64,000 nucleotides of DNA, from the NCBI GenBank assembly GCA_004764695.1, contig SMSO01000037.1:4192747-4256746 (forward strand), written 5' to 3'. Position 1 is the stretch's first letter; every line of letters begins with the position of its first letter. This document shows positions 44,832-55,849 of the stretch, piece by piece. The notes beneath the pieces are model-generated. The model was given only the letters and a program-made list of their open reading frames with translations. It was not told the DNA's origin and made no database searches. The DNA is from Schizochytrium sp. TIO01. Taxonomy: Eukaryota; Protista; Bigyra: Labyrinthulomycetes. The position numbers and the translations under genes were made by a program.

Positions 44832-46832
44832 ATGAGTCAGTACTCTTACCAAGCTCCAACAGGGGCTGCAAGCAACCCTTTTGGCGACGGCTCGCCAGCT
44901 TCTCAAATGCAACAGGCTGGCTACACCTACCAAGCGCCCGTAGGAGCTCCTCAACAACATCCAGTATCAGCACCAGTCCATGCTGCTGCAAAGCCTGCTC
45001 CGAACGGATCTTGGCAGTCTAACTATGACTCCTCCCAGGTTCGGGAAAACGTCACAGCTGCAATTAAAAAGGAACAGTCAATCGTAGTGCCGACAATGTC
45101 GGATAGCATGCTGCGTGAATTCAATGAACGCAACATCGCGCGCATGCAGCGTATGAAGCCTTTTGCAGAAGAGCAGAAAAAGGCCGAAGCAGCCAATCCC
45201 TTCGACCAAATCGAGGCTACTACTCCGACTGCAGCCTCAGCAGGCCATGTAGAGTCTATGCCTAAGTATTCGGCTCCGCAGCCTATTATGCAACAGCAGC
45301 AACCGGCACCCCAAGCTCAGGAAGTACATAGAGCGCCACCACGTAGCAGTCAAGAGGAAGATCCCATGCTTTTGGGTATTACCATCGGCTTTCTTCGCTA
45401 TAAGCACGATCAGTCTGCGTCTTCTCCTTCTGCAGAACTGGCCAAGTTTGAGCAGATTGAGTCCGAAATCCGCATGAGGACTGGCTTTGGTTGGCCTACA
45501 TACTGGCAACCGTATCATGGATCGTTTGCGGATTTTGTACATCGACACCCAGAGTGTTTAACTGTTATTGATGGTACCTATGTAGTGCTCAAGGAGCATG
45601 AATCCGAGGCACGCTCTCGACTCAGTCAAGCATGGAACACCGCGCCACTGAATACGATGCAGCCTCAACATCAACAGGCTCCGATCGATATGTATTCTCA
45701 GTATAATGCTCCATCACAATACCATCCGCAACAACAGCCCCCCATAGCCCAACATGATTCTTCTTACGGAGCGTATCAACAGCAACAACCACCTTATGGA
45801 AGCAATAATAATCCCTATGGTTATGACGCGACTCCTAACAATTATGCTCAACAACAGCAGCAGCAACAACAGTATGCCCCCGTGTACCAACCAGAACCAC
45901 CCACGTCTCAGTACAACTATAGCTCAATGGGCAATTACCAACAACCTCAATCATATCATCATCAACAACAGCACACCCCTGCTGTACCTTCAGCGCCATT
46001 GGCAACGTCAGGCCTTGACGATGGTTGGGTTCTCTTTGACAACGATTCTGAACTGAACGCACCGATTTCAAATCCGTTTGGTGCCAGTGCGTACACCAAT
46101 GATTATTCTTGGGGCAACGAGACCGAGGATCCCCTCGCAGTGTTTTCGAGCTCAGCAAGTTCTGAGGCGGCAAGGCGAGAGGAAGAGGAGCGTCGTCTTC
46201 GCAAGGCTCAGAAGAAGGAGGAGCGTCGCAAGAAAAAACAAGAATCTGAAGATGAGGCTCTGGCTCGCAAGTTGCAAGAGGAAGAGGACACTCGTGCTGC
46301 TTCCGAAACATCAAGGGGGGCCCGGGCTGAAAGCTCAAACTTTTCTTCAGGTGGCTTGAACAGTGGACCTGTGGGTACGAATCGCGTAGCCCTGACGCAC
46401 GTGGAGGTCCGCGAACTTGCAGAAGAGGAGATTGGCAAGGACAACATTAGAATTCTTGCTGGGTTCTCTGTCACCAAGTTTGGTCGTGAAGGGCGTCCTC
46501 ACCAACGCAAGATGTGGATTAATAGTGCCTTGACCCATTTGGCATGGGAGAGCTCTCAGTATGATGGCTCACACCGGGGTCTTGAACTCAAGCAGGTTGT
46601 TGGGATGCGTAGAGGTGAAATGACTCCTACAATTCGTCGCAGTACAAAGGATGCGCGCAAGGTGAGAAGTCTTTGTTTCAGTCTTGAAACGCAGGCGCGT
46701 ACACTTGACCTTCAGGCTTGCTCTGTCATTCAACGTGATGCACTATTTTCTGCGTTGGAGAAGGCAATTGCATTCAACCACCGTCATAAACCGCGGCGCC
46801 TCGACAAATACCGCACTGAGCTTCTTATGTAG
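44832..46832 (+). CDS. Q/P-rich protein with NPF motifs, an MIU-like ubiquitin-binding helix and a C-terminal PH domain (putative endocytic adaptor)
   Basis: Three NPF motifs, DDGWVLFD, EDEALARKLQEEE, and a PLC/Mcp5-type PH domain (KFGREGRPHQR...RTLDLQA...RDALFSAL). Confidence 0.75.
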   Translation: MSQYSYQAPTGAASNPFGDGSPASQMQQAGYTYQAPVGAPQQHPVSAPVHAAAKPAPNGSWQSNYDSSQVRENVTAAIKKEQSIVVPTMSDSMLREFNERNIARMQRMKPFAEEQKKAEAANPFDQIEATTPTAASAGHVESMPKYSAPQPIMQQQQPAPQAQEVHRAPPRSSQEEDPMLLGITIGFLRYKHDQSASSPSAELAKFEQIESEIRMRTGFGWPTYWQPYHGSFADFVHRHPECLTVIDGTYVVLKEHESEARSRLSQAWNTAPLNTMQPQHQQAPIDMYSQYNAPSQYHPQQQPPIAQHDSSYGAYQQQQPPYGSNNNPYGYDATPNNYAQQQQQQQQYAPVYQPEPPTSQYNYSSMGNYQQPQSYHHQQQHTPAVPSAPLATSGLDDGWVLFDNDSELNAPISNPFGASAYTNDYSWGNETEDPLAVFSSSASSEAARREEEERRLRKAQKKEERRKKKQESEDEALARKLQEEEDTRAASETSRGARAESSNFSSGGLNSGPVGTNRVALTHVEVRELAEEEIGKDNIRILAGFSVTKFGREGRPHQRKMWINSALTHLAWESSQYDGSHRGLELKQVVGMRRGEMTPTIRRSTKDARKVRSLCFSLETQARTLDLQACSVIQRDALFSALEKAIAFNHRHKPRRLDKYRTELLM

Positions 46833-48150
46833 CAGAACAAATTATTTTTAATTTGATATCTTTAGGGTACTGAAAAATCACCATGCTGCTATATTGCTAT
46901 TCCAATTAGTCATTTATCACTTATCTCTAACTGTAATTACCTGCCTTGTGGTCTATTGGCATTTTGGCCAGTGATGTTCCTAATCTGAGTTCCTTTGATA
47001 CTTAGTCCAGAGAATAGAGGTCTATAACAAGACTTATTTATCGCGTTGTATACTTTCACTGCTATCCATGATTATTTGGCGGAATCGTACACATTAAATC
47101 CACCAACTCGGTGTTTTAAATTTTCTTGGAGTATATGGACCCACGTAAGTCAGGAAGTAGCTAATATATAACTTCATTCTCAGCCTGGTTCGTAGCGTAG
47201 GAAGTCACCTAACCCTTGCGTAAGACAGATGGGTTAAAGCAATGTTAGCTCAAGAGAAATGCACGCCTTGAATCCAGCAGCCTCAATGCTCTTAATTTAG
47301 TCAGCTCTCAAGAACTGGTGTACCATTGGCCCCGACAAGTTTACAGAAGGGTTCTTACAAGGCCTAAATCCTCTGGAGAGTGTTTACTTATAAATACTTC
47401 AATATTATCAAAGAAATAAACTTAAAAAGATCTGTCAAGCTCCCCATGTATCGGCTCCCTTCGTAGCTTTGTTGCACGGGTGAGCGAATTCAAGTTACCC
47501 CTCCCATACTTGAAATACACCTAAGGTTTGAGGGCAATTACAATAGGGCGGGGGAAACATACCGTCTGCAGATATCTTTGCTAACTACCTACTACATACC
47601 AGCAAAGACACTTGAGAATTCGACCAGAAGAGAGACAAGAAACAAGGAATAGATACCGTGCTTGAGCAGTTGTGCAAAATTTGATATGTGCGGAGAGGTG
47701 GGGAAGCGCGAGAAAGTATGAATAGGCAGGAAATTACTCCATGATAGGCTAATCAATGCGTGTTAAGTAGGGAAAGGGAATTAACTAGGGAAGTAGTCCT
47801 TTCGTAAATGATGAACCTTCGAATTTTTCCTTTTCTTTAGTAGTATTACTATTAGTACCTATTACTAGACCCTTAATTTATTTTCTTTAATTCATGGTAC
47901 ATATAGTCCCAGGCGGACAATAACTTCGCTTTTGGAGTAGTGCAACTATCATATATGATATGATATGGATATAATTTGATGTGCGATGGGCAATGAAGGG
48001 TAGTCAGAGTGGCCACCAGAGAAGTGCGGCTAAATAGCCCCGAGGAAGACATTTTACATTTGACTTCAGATCTCAGCAAACACGAAATCAGCGAGACCGG
48101 GCATCAAACACCAAATTGACATATCACGTTTGAAGAGACCCTAACCAATC

Positions 48151-49533
48151 ATGGCTACTGAGATTCTTCCTGCTGCTGCTACTGAGCCCATCTTCACCCT
48201 CGAAGATGATACTAAGCTTCTCAAGGAGCTAAACTCGAAGCCATACAAGGCTCAGGCCGTCTGGTTTCTCAACGCCTTTTGGAAAAAGGGCCCTGCCTTT
48301 GGCGACAACCTCGCCGAGGCCGAAAAGGTCTGGTCCTTCCACAACTCTTGCGTCGAACTCGATAGCAAGGGTGATGAAGGCAGCGAACTCGATGAAATGA
48401 AGGCCCACATCCTTCTCGAGCGCACCGAAGGTGCTCTCACTGTCCGCGAGCTCCGTGAGCGCCTGAAGGCCATTGACCTTGACTTCAACAAGTATGTCAG
48501 TCTTACGGAGTACCTTGTCACCACGTACGCTGTAGACTGGCGTGAGCTTGTCCATGCCCCGCAAGGCCAGGTTGATGAGGCCAAGCTCGCTCTTGCTCAG
48601 CAGAAGGTCGAAGAGGCCAAGCAGGATATTGCAGATTGCGAAACTCGTGCTAAAGAGGCCAAGTCTGCCGAGGCCCAAGCAGTGGCTGCCGAGGCCCAGG
48701 CCAAGCAGAATGAGGCTGAGGCGAAGGACTCTGAGTCCAAGGCCAAGGAAGCCGAGGCCAAGGCCCAGAGTGCTGCCGAAGAGGCCAAGACCCAGGAATC
48801 TCGGGCGTTCCAGGAGGAGGAAATCTCCAAGGAAGCCGAGACCAAGGCTGTCCAGCTTGCTGAGGAGCAGGTCGCTGTGCAGAAGCAGGTCGAGGAAGCT
48901 CTCGAGGCCGTCACCCGTGAAGAGAAGGCCTTCCACGATGAGTGCAACGCCCTTGACACCACCGCCAACGACGAGTCCCTCGGAATTGTTGCTCGCAACA
49001 AGGCCAAGAACGAGCTTGCCCAGCTCCAGCAGACCGACCCGATCCCTCTTCAGCGTGCTAAGATTAGCCAAGAGGCTGTTGTTCGTCGTCAGGAGCGTGC
49101 AACCAAGTCTGCTGCCAGTGCACGCGCTGCTGCAGAGTCTGCACGTGTTCAGGCTGAAGAGGCTCGCAAGATTGCCGTGAACTCTCGAGAGCGCTCTGAG
49201 GAGGCTGCCTCCCAGGCTACATCACGTCGTCGTGGTGCAGAGAAGGACGCTGAGAAGGCTTCGAATGCTCGTGAGCAAGCTGAGGACGCTCGCCAGACTG
49301 CTGTCAAGTCTCGCGAAGATGCCAACGCTGCTCTGCAAAAGTCTACCGAGTCATTCCAGGCGGCACAGCAATTTCTTGACAAGGTCAAACGTGAATGTGC
49401 GGGTGCCGGAAAGGGCAAGCTGTGGTGGCTTGACCGTGAGTTGGAAGAGGCCAAGAAGTACATGTCTCCTGCTCAACTTGCACGCTTGCAGGCCGCACCT
49501 CCTTTGCAGGAGGATCAGGTTGCTTCTGCGTAA
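48151..49533 (+). CDS. ABP34-like calcium-regulated actin-bundling protein with extended coiled coil, copy 1 (460 aa)
   Basis: YKAQAVWFLNAFW, DEGSELD, EF-hand loop DLDFNKYVSLTE and GKLWWLDRELEEAKKY match, from memory, Dictyostelium ABP34 (QQAVHFLNAYW, DVNFDGRVSFLE, GAIWWMNRDLEE). Confidence 0.8.
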   Translation: MATEILPAAATEPIFTLEDDTKLLKELNSKPYKAQAVWFLNAFWKKGPAFGDNLAEAEKVWSFHNSCVELDSKGDEGSELDEMKAHILLERTEGALTVRELRERLKAIDLDFNKYVSLTEYLVTTYAVDWRELVHAPQGQVDEAKLALAQQKVEEAKQDIADCETRAKEAKSAEAQAVAAEAQAKQNEAEAKDSESKAKEAEAKAQSAAEEAKTQESRAFQEEEISKEAETKAVQLAEEQVAVQKQVEEALEAVTREEKAFHDECNALDTTANDESLGIVARNKAKNELAQLQQTDPIPLQRAKISQEAVVRRQERATKSAASARAAAESARVQAEEARKIAVNSRERSEEAASQATSRRRGAEKDAEKASNAREQAEDARQTAVKSREDANAALQKSTESFQAAQQFLDKVKRECAGAGKGKLWWLDRELEEAKKYMSPAQLARLQAAPPLQEDQVASA

Positions 49534-49708
49534 GAGAGATGAGAGGCCTGCGAGGAAAACTTAAATGCAGGGACCGAGACTGGGAAAGATGGAACAGACC
49601 TACTCGGCAAGCTGGGTAACCTCATCCTGCCGATCATCGTTCGAGCGACCCTTTCTTTCATCGAACCGCTGGTACACGTGCTACTAAACGTACTACTTAC
49701 TATCTAGG

Positions 49709-49743
49709 TACCTACCTACCTACCTACCTACCTACCTACCTAC
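49709..49743. repeat. (CCTA)n microsatellite
   Basis: Direct reading. Confidence 0.9.
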
Positions 49744-50853
49744 TGTGACGGTTAGAAAATAGTTATTACAGACCACAGCTATCACCAAAACGAACATCAC
49801 TAGTAATAGCTAATGACCCAATAATAGGTGTGTAAAAATGAAAATAATTTTAAGATTGTCCGCCTTTTCCTATTGTTTTTCCTTCTTTCTTCTCTTTTTT
49901 TTTTTTCTTCAAAATTTAGACTTACGTTAGCTTGCAGAATGTTTAGGAATAGACCAACCCTAGGAGGTCTAAGCAACCCTCATGAAGTGATTTTTAAAGT
50001 AATCATCAATGGAAATAAAGTCTTAATAGCCCGAACCAGCTGACATTGTATGTTGGTAAGAGTTCGCCGTTTACGTTGTACGGTGGGTAGAAAAGTTAGC
50101 TGCTGTAAAAAAGTAAAACTTAAAAATCAAGAGTCAATGATGGTTAAACTTCAAAAGAACCATTCTGTGAGGTAACTCCAAGAGGTATGTCAAAGTTCTT
50201 CCTTATGACCTTTTTTCTTTTCATTTTTACCAATCGACACACAAGAACCAAAAGTAGAAAAGAGCGCTTCAACATGTACAAAGAGGGTATTACTTTGCAC
50301 AGAGGCGCAACATGTCCCACTTGAGGATGCTGAGGCGAAACGGGTCCCAATGTTTTTTGTTTTGGGAGGATCCAGCACTTAACTGCTGCCAGTATGCCTG
50401 ATTGTGATACGAGTAGCATAAAATAAAAATTAGGCTAGCACCATCTTGCTAAACAGACACCCTTGGGTAAGTCTATTGGACAACTGACTTTGACCGTGCA
50501 GAATCATGTTTGCTCGTCTGGAAAGATATGATAAAGGAGAAAGAGAGAAAACAACATGCTCCATAATAAAGTTGTCTTGGGGAAATGACCAAACCAATAC
50601 CCACCTACTCAAAATTGGAAGCAGTAGATTTTCCCTGTCAAGCCTTCTATCTTAGTTGTTGAGCTAGTAGGATTAACTGGGATGTCAAATTAGATTGGCA
50701 AACAAGGTCAGTCCAAAAGGCTTGAAAAACGGAAGGCTTGAGAAATCGCAACACAGAGAATGCAAGCAGCAAATCCAGATTGACCTTGCTTGCAAAAGCA
50801 AATCTACAATAAGCGCAAGTGCAACTAACACCAGATTTCTTGAATATACAATC

Positions 50854-52332
50854 ATGGCTACGGAAGTGAGTGCTACCCCGGATATTCCCGTTGCTGTTGA
50901 CCCGGCAACCTCGCTCGAGGATGATACTAAGCTTCTCAAGGAGCTAAACTCGAAGCCATACAAGGCTCAGGCCGTCTGGTTTCTCAACGCCTTTTGGAAA
51001 AAGGGCCCTGCCTTTGGCGACAACCTCGCCGAGGCCGAAAAGGTCTGGTCCTTCCACAACTCTTGCGTCGAACTCGATAGCAAGGGTGATGAAGGCAGCG
51101 AACTCGACGAAATGAAGGCCCACATCCTTCTCGAGCGCACCGAAGGTGCTCTCACTGTCCGCGAGCTCCGTGAGCGCCTGAAGGCCATTGACCTTGACTT
51201 CAACAAGTATGTCAGTCTTACGGAGTACCTTGTCACCACGTACGCTGTAGACTGGCGTGAGCTTGTCCATGCCCCGCAAGGCCAGGTTGATGAGGCCAAG
51301 CTCGCTCTTGCTCAGCAGAAGGTCGAAGAGGCCAAGCAGGATATTGCAGATTGCGAAACTCGTGCTAAAGAGGCCAAGGTTGCCGAGGCCCAAGCAGTGG
51401 CTGCCGAGGCTCAGGCCAAGCAGAATGAGTCCGAGGCGAAGGACTCTGAGTCCAAGGCTAAGGCGAAGGAAGCTGAGGCGAAGGACTCTGAGTCCAAGGC
51501 CAAGGAAGCCGAGGCCAAGGCCCAGAGTGCTGCCGAAGAGGCCAAGACCCAGGAATCTCGGGCGTTCCAGGAGGAGGAAATCTCCAAGGAAGCCGAGACC
51601 AAGGCTGTCCAGCTTGCTGAGGAGCAGGTCGCTGTGCAGAAGCAGGTCGAGGAAGCTCTCGAGGCCGTCACCCGTGAAGAGAAGGCCTTCCACGATGAGT
51701 GCAACGCCCTTGACACCACCGCCAACGACGAGTCCCTCGGAATTGTTGCTCGCAACAAGGCCAAGAACGAGCTTGCCCAGCTCCAGCAGACCGACCCGAT
51801 CCCTCTTCAGCGTGCTAAGATTAGCCAAGAGGCTGTTGTTCGTCGTCAGGAGCGTGCAACCAAGTCTGCTGCCAGTGCACGCGCTGCTGCAGAGTCTGCA
51901 CGTGTTCAGGCTGAAGAGGCTCGCAAGATTGCCGTGAACTCTCGAGAGCGCTCTGAGGAGGCTGCCTCCCAGGCTACATCACGTCGTCGTGGTGCAGAGA
52001 AGGACGCTGAGCAGGCATCCCAGGCTCGCCACAGCGCCGAAGAGGATGCTGAGAAGGCGTCCAATGCTCGCGAGGGTGCTGAGAAGGCACGTGAAGGTGC
52101 CGAAAACGCTCGCGAGGAAGCTAACGCGGCTCTGCAAAAGTCTACTGAGTCATTCCAAGCTGCTCAAGCCTTTCTGCAGCAAGTTAAACGTGAGTGTTCT
52201 GGTGCTGGCAAGGGCAAGCTGTGGTGGCTTGACCGTGAGTTGGAAGAGGCCAAGAAGTACATGTCTCCTGCCCAACTAGCACGGCTCCAGGCTGCGCCTT
52301 CCCTCAAGGAGGATCAGACCTCCGTCGCATAA
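50854..52332 (+). CDS. ABP34-like calcium-regulated actin-bundling protein with extended coiled coil, copy 2 (492 aa)
   Basis: Tandem paralog of 48151-49533; ATG at 50854 sits in the same CAATCATGGCT context; two additional 14-aa segments. Confidence 0.8.
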   Translation: MATEVSATPDIPVAVDPATSLEDDTKLLKELNSKPYKAQAVWFLNAFWKKGPAFGDNLAEAEKVWSFHNSCVELDSKGDEGSELDEMKAHILLERTEGALTVRELRERLKAIDLDFNKYVSLTEYLVTTYAVDWRELVHAPQGQVDEAKLALAQQKVEEAKQDIADCETRAKEAKVAEAQAVAAEAQAKQNESEAKDSESKAKAKEAEAKDSESKAKEAEAKAQSAAEEAKTQESRAFQEEEISKEAETKAVQLAEEQVAVQKQVEEALEAVTREEKAFHDECNALDTTANDESLGIVARNKAKNELAQLQQTDPIPLQRAKISQEAVVRRQERATKSAASARAAAESARVQAEEARKIAVNSRERSEEAASQATSRRRGAEKDAEQASQARHSAEEDAEKASNAREGAEKAREGAENAREEANAALQKSTESFQAAQAFLQQVKRECSGAGKGKLWWLDRELEEAKKYMSPAQLARLQAAPSLKEDQTSVA

Positions 52333-53321
52333 ATGTACGCACAGACCTTCGTTTCAGCGACACTGACCACATAAGATTGAAAATAAAGAGTTCGCTAATT
52401 ACAAGTACGAGAAAACAAACACTTTCCTTTAAATTTACATTTTTGGTTTAACCTTGCCTTCATCCCTCACAATTAATTATCCGACGTTTGCAACTTGGTT
52501 CATGAGAGCAGCACACAAAACCCTTGTAACTCAACGCCAGACACAAAAATTATTCTGCTTCCCTGTTAAATTTTATCTACAATGGCATTTTTGGTAGGAT
52601 AGAATTCAAGTTATAAAGATAGTAGACGTCTCATAAGGCCACGAAGGATCTACACTTGAAGGTTGTTACTTAGAGCCCTACTCAATTTTCAAGTATGAAA
52701 CGTTTGATAGCACCGCTTACGAGCTCTGCAAGGGGAATGCCAGAGCTAGAGCAGTGCAATCACACCCACTTTAGTGTGAAGTTAGTTCAAGTTCTGAATA
52801 TTTCCCACTTGACTCACTTACTTGAATTCATTGGGAATTTTAATTGGCGCCTTCCTATAAAAACAATCTACACACATTGAAGTACTCATACACTTGAGCG
52901 ACACCTACATCTATTCGTTGCCACTGTCGATTGCGGGTGATAGCGCTGATGTATCATAAAAAATACACATAGATTCTATGAGCTGATGCAGCAGCACAGA
53001 CCTACTTTTCTACTTTACTGGTAAATTCCACAGAGAAAAATCACAATTTGTCACATAAACTTTTCTTTAAAGAATGGAAAATCATGCTGGTAAGCTTGTA
53101 AGTCTGTTTCGATCAAAGGTGAAGAAGACTAACGGCGCTCTATACTTCTTGCTGTGATGATGATGGAGCAGCCATAACACCAGGCAAAATTTCACGTAGC
53201 GGGTTGAAATGTATTTGATGCTGTATTCCTAAATGTATCGTATTTAGACTGTCCAGGCTACACATACGTGCGCATATGCATGTAGCATGTTAGGGCTGAA
53301 TGTATGTGTCTTTACGTAATA

Positions 53322-54314
53322 TTACAACCCTTTATTGTAGAAGACCTTATCCTCTGGACGAAAGCCAACACATTTATCTTGTAGCTCAGGTTCCAGATCT
53401 CTGAACTGAATGTCTCCGTGATCTCGAAAGAGGCTCAATGACACTGGCAAACCAACCAAAAATGTCAAGGAGACAAAGCTAGCTTGCGCAGCCATGCGAA
53501 GTCCCGGTCGATTTCGGATAGCCGGGACGAGTTTTTCTGCGGCCAAAAGAAGCAGAGGAGAAAGTACAAGAATTGGCATAGGAAGAACGACACGAGATAC
53601 CGCTGTCTCCGTTAGTGCCTTCTTCGCAGCCACGACAGAATGGCCAAGATATTTTCCAGCTTCGTCGCTGACGGTAATTCCCGTAACCAGCTCCTTGTGA
53701 CGCATTAAAGTGACATTGAGAATATTTGCAGAAGCTACTGCAACGAAGGGAATAAAACGACGCATCATAGGGGCGTGCATCTTCTCTACAAGGCGGTCCA
53801 TTACGAGGGAGACACCAATAGCAGAAGACACAGCAACAGAATATCCAACTACGAGATCCTGATTGCTGGACGGTGCAGACATATTACGATTGCAGTAGTT
53901 GACTGCAGCATTGTGACTCTGGTTCGCCCATTGCCAGAATACATTTTGAGCTGGCGTATTGGCAAGAAGCATACCAACAACGATCGGAGTCCCGAAAGGA
54001 ACAAAACCAGACATGCGGAATGGGGGCAGGATTGCTTCACCAGAATCTGGGTGAATTGTACTCTGGACGATCTTCCTTGCAGTCCATAGCTCTTCGTCGG
54101 TTAGTTGTTGCCAGCCTAATTCTTGCTTTTCATACATTCGTAGGATTCTCTGAGATTCTTCAAGAGAAATCCCAAAGAATGTTTTAGGCAAAAGGGTTCG
54201 AGGGTCTACTTGGTTCACAAACTTAAGGAGACGTCCAGCGAACTCGCTCTGGTCAAATTCATCTTTGTCCAGAGAAAACTCTTTGGCACGAAGTCGTTCC
54301 ACCGCGGCAAACAT
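53322..54314 (-). CDS. SFXN: Sideroflexin (mitochondrial tricarboxylate/serine carrier family)
   Basis: DPRTL, HPDSGE, PFRMSGFVP, FWQWANQSHNAAVNYCNRN, PFVAVASAN and C-terminal YNKGL motifs. Confidence 0.95.
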   Translation of the reverse strand: MFAAVERLRAKEFSLDKDEFDQSEFAGRLLKFVNQVDPRTLLPKTFFGISLEESQRILRMYEKQELGWQQLTDEELWTARKIVQSTIHPDSGEAILPPFRMSGFVPFGTPIVVGMLLANTPAQNVFWQWANQSHNAAVNYCNRNMSAPSSNQDLVVGYSVAVSSAIGVSLVMDRLVEKMHAPMMRRFIPFVAVASANILNVTLMRHKELVTGITVSDEAGKYLGHSVVAAKKALTETAVSRVVLPMPILVLSPLLLLAAEKLVPAIRNRPGLRMAAQASFVSLTFLVGLPVSLSLFRDHGDIQFRDLEPELQDKCVGFRPEDKVFYNKGL

Positions 54315-55461
54315 CGTGCCTTTACAATACCCGACGTTTGTCCAAAGTTGTATACCTTTCTATTCTTGGCACCTGGAGAGAGCTCCGTTTGACACGGTAA
54401 GATCTACCACAATGAATGCCACTGAGTACTTTGTTTGCTTGCTTTCCTCAAGATTGATCTTCCTCAGCTCGCGCTTCACTGCGACTGAGATAAGTGTTTG
54501 CCTCGAGTTTTGTTGGCCCATAAGTTGCCAGTGCTCAAGATCCTCGGTGTCTGCCTGTTTATCTGTTGCGCCAGGGACGCGGCCTTCCTCCCAATACTCA
54601 GCTACTATTCCGCTTACATAAATCTATGCGACGGTGACGATCTTTAAGGGTTCTCTTGGTTGGTAGGTAATTGCCGTAGTAATGTTTGGAGCCATCTCTG
54701 TGTCCCTCGCAGTGCTGGTAGGCAGCAAGAGCAATGACATGCGCACGGATGATTGGTATGGACTTTAGATCCCGAATCAGGTAGATATTGAACAGCACAG
54801 GCTCTTGGACGTGCCTATCTATCTTATGGCATGCTTCCCTTTCCGAGAGACCCTACAACTTGAAGAAAGACATAGTAGGTTCTGACTAATGTTGAGTTAT
54901 TTCAATTTGTTTTGTTTTCTTAAATCTTTATTTCGATCCTTTTAGATTGAAAAATAAAATCGTGATGCGCCTATCATCAAGAAATTAATTTATCTTTAAA
55001 CTCAAAACAATCACTCGATAAAGGAACTAACTTTGCAGCGACGACTGTGCTCGTTTCTCTCTCGTGCTTGTGTTTCTGGCCACGACGACAAAGTAGAGGC
55101 CGTAGCTACGAGGCAGTTCGTATTTTGTAGCAGACAGAGGCCGCACAACGAGGCATGGCGAGCGACAGCGACAGGGCTGAGAACGAGCTGTCTCTTCCCG
55201 ATCGTTAAATTAATCCTAGTATTGCCGAGTCCCAAGTTCAAAGCGAAGTTATCGAATTGGATGCGAATTGAAGAATGACGATTACCTACTTAGGCACTCA
55301 GGCTGTCCCATAAAACGAAGAGACGAAAAAAAAACGCAAACGCGTCATCTTGTACTTTAATCGAACCTCCGAGCTTATGAAAAAGGCATCGCTTCCTTGC
55401 TGTTACTCGGGTGGAATGGTTCCCATGAAACTTTCACAGAATAGCTTGAGAGAGGTACCTC

Positions 55462-55486
55462 CTATCTATCTATCTATCTATCTATC
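55462..55486. repeat. (CTAT)n microsatellite
   Basis: Direct reading. Confidence 0.9.
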
Positions 55487-55849
55487 CGTCACTTGCTCCA
55501 TCTCTTGATTTTCGTTTATTGATGCTCGTGGTACAAGCACTGTTTGACAGTGGTACGTACTGGGGCCCTAACTAGCTATAAACTTGTGCTAGTGCTAAAG
55601 TTACTCCTCTTGCAACTAAGAGCGCTACTAAGTGCTACAGTACCCAGTAGGCGGTGCTCAGTACTCTGAGTCCTGTGAGCAGAACAGAAGGGGCCACCAT
55701 TGATGGTGGTGCACGAAAGACGGCCAAAGCAAACATTGGCATCGGTCTTTGGAGTTGCGCGGACAAAACGAAGGGCGTGCAGACGAAGGAAGGGCGTATA
55801 TTGTAGGCAATTGTTTAATTTAGATAGGGTTGATAGAACTCGTTTCAAC

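Noticed and set aside
48229-51937. Long antisense and alternate-frame ORFs over the ABP34-like pair (280, 294, 212 and 226 aa)
   Set aside because: Produced by repetitive GAG/GCC/AAG codon usage and duplicated only because the host genes are duplicated
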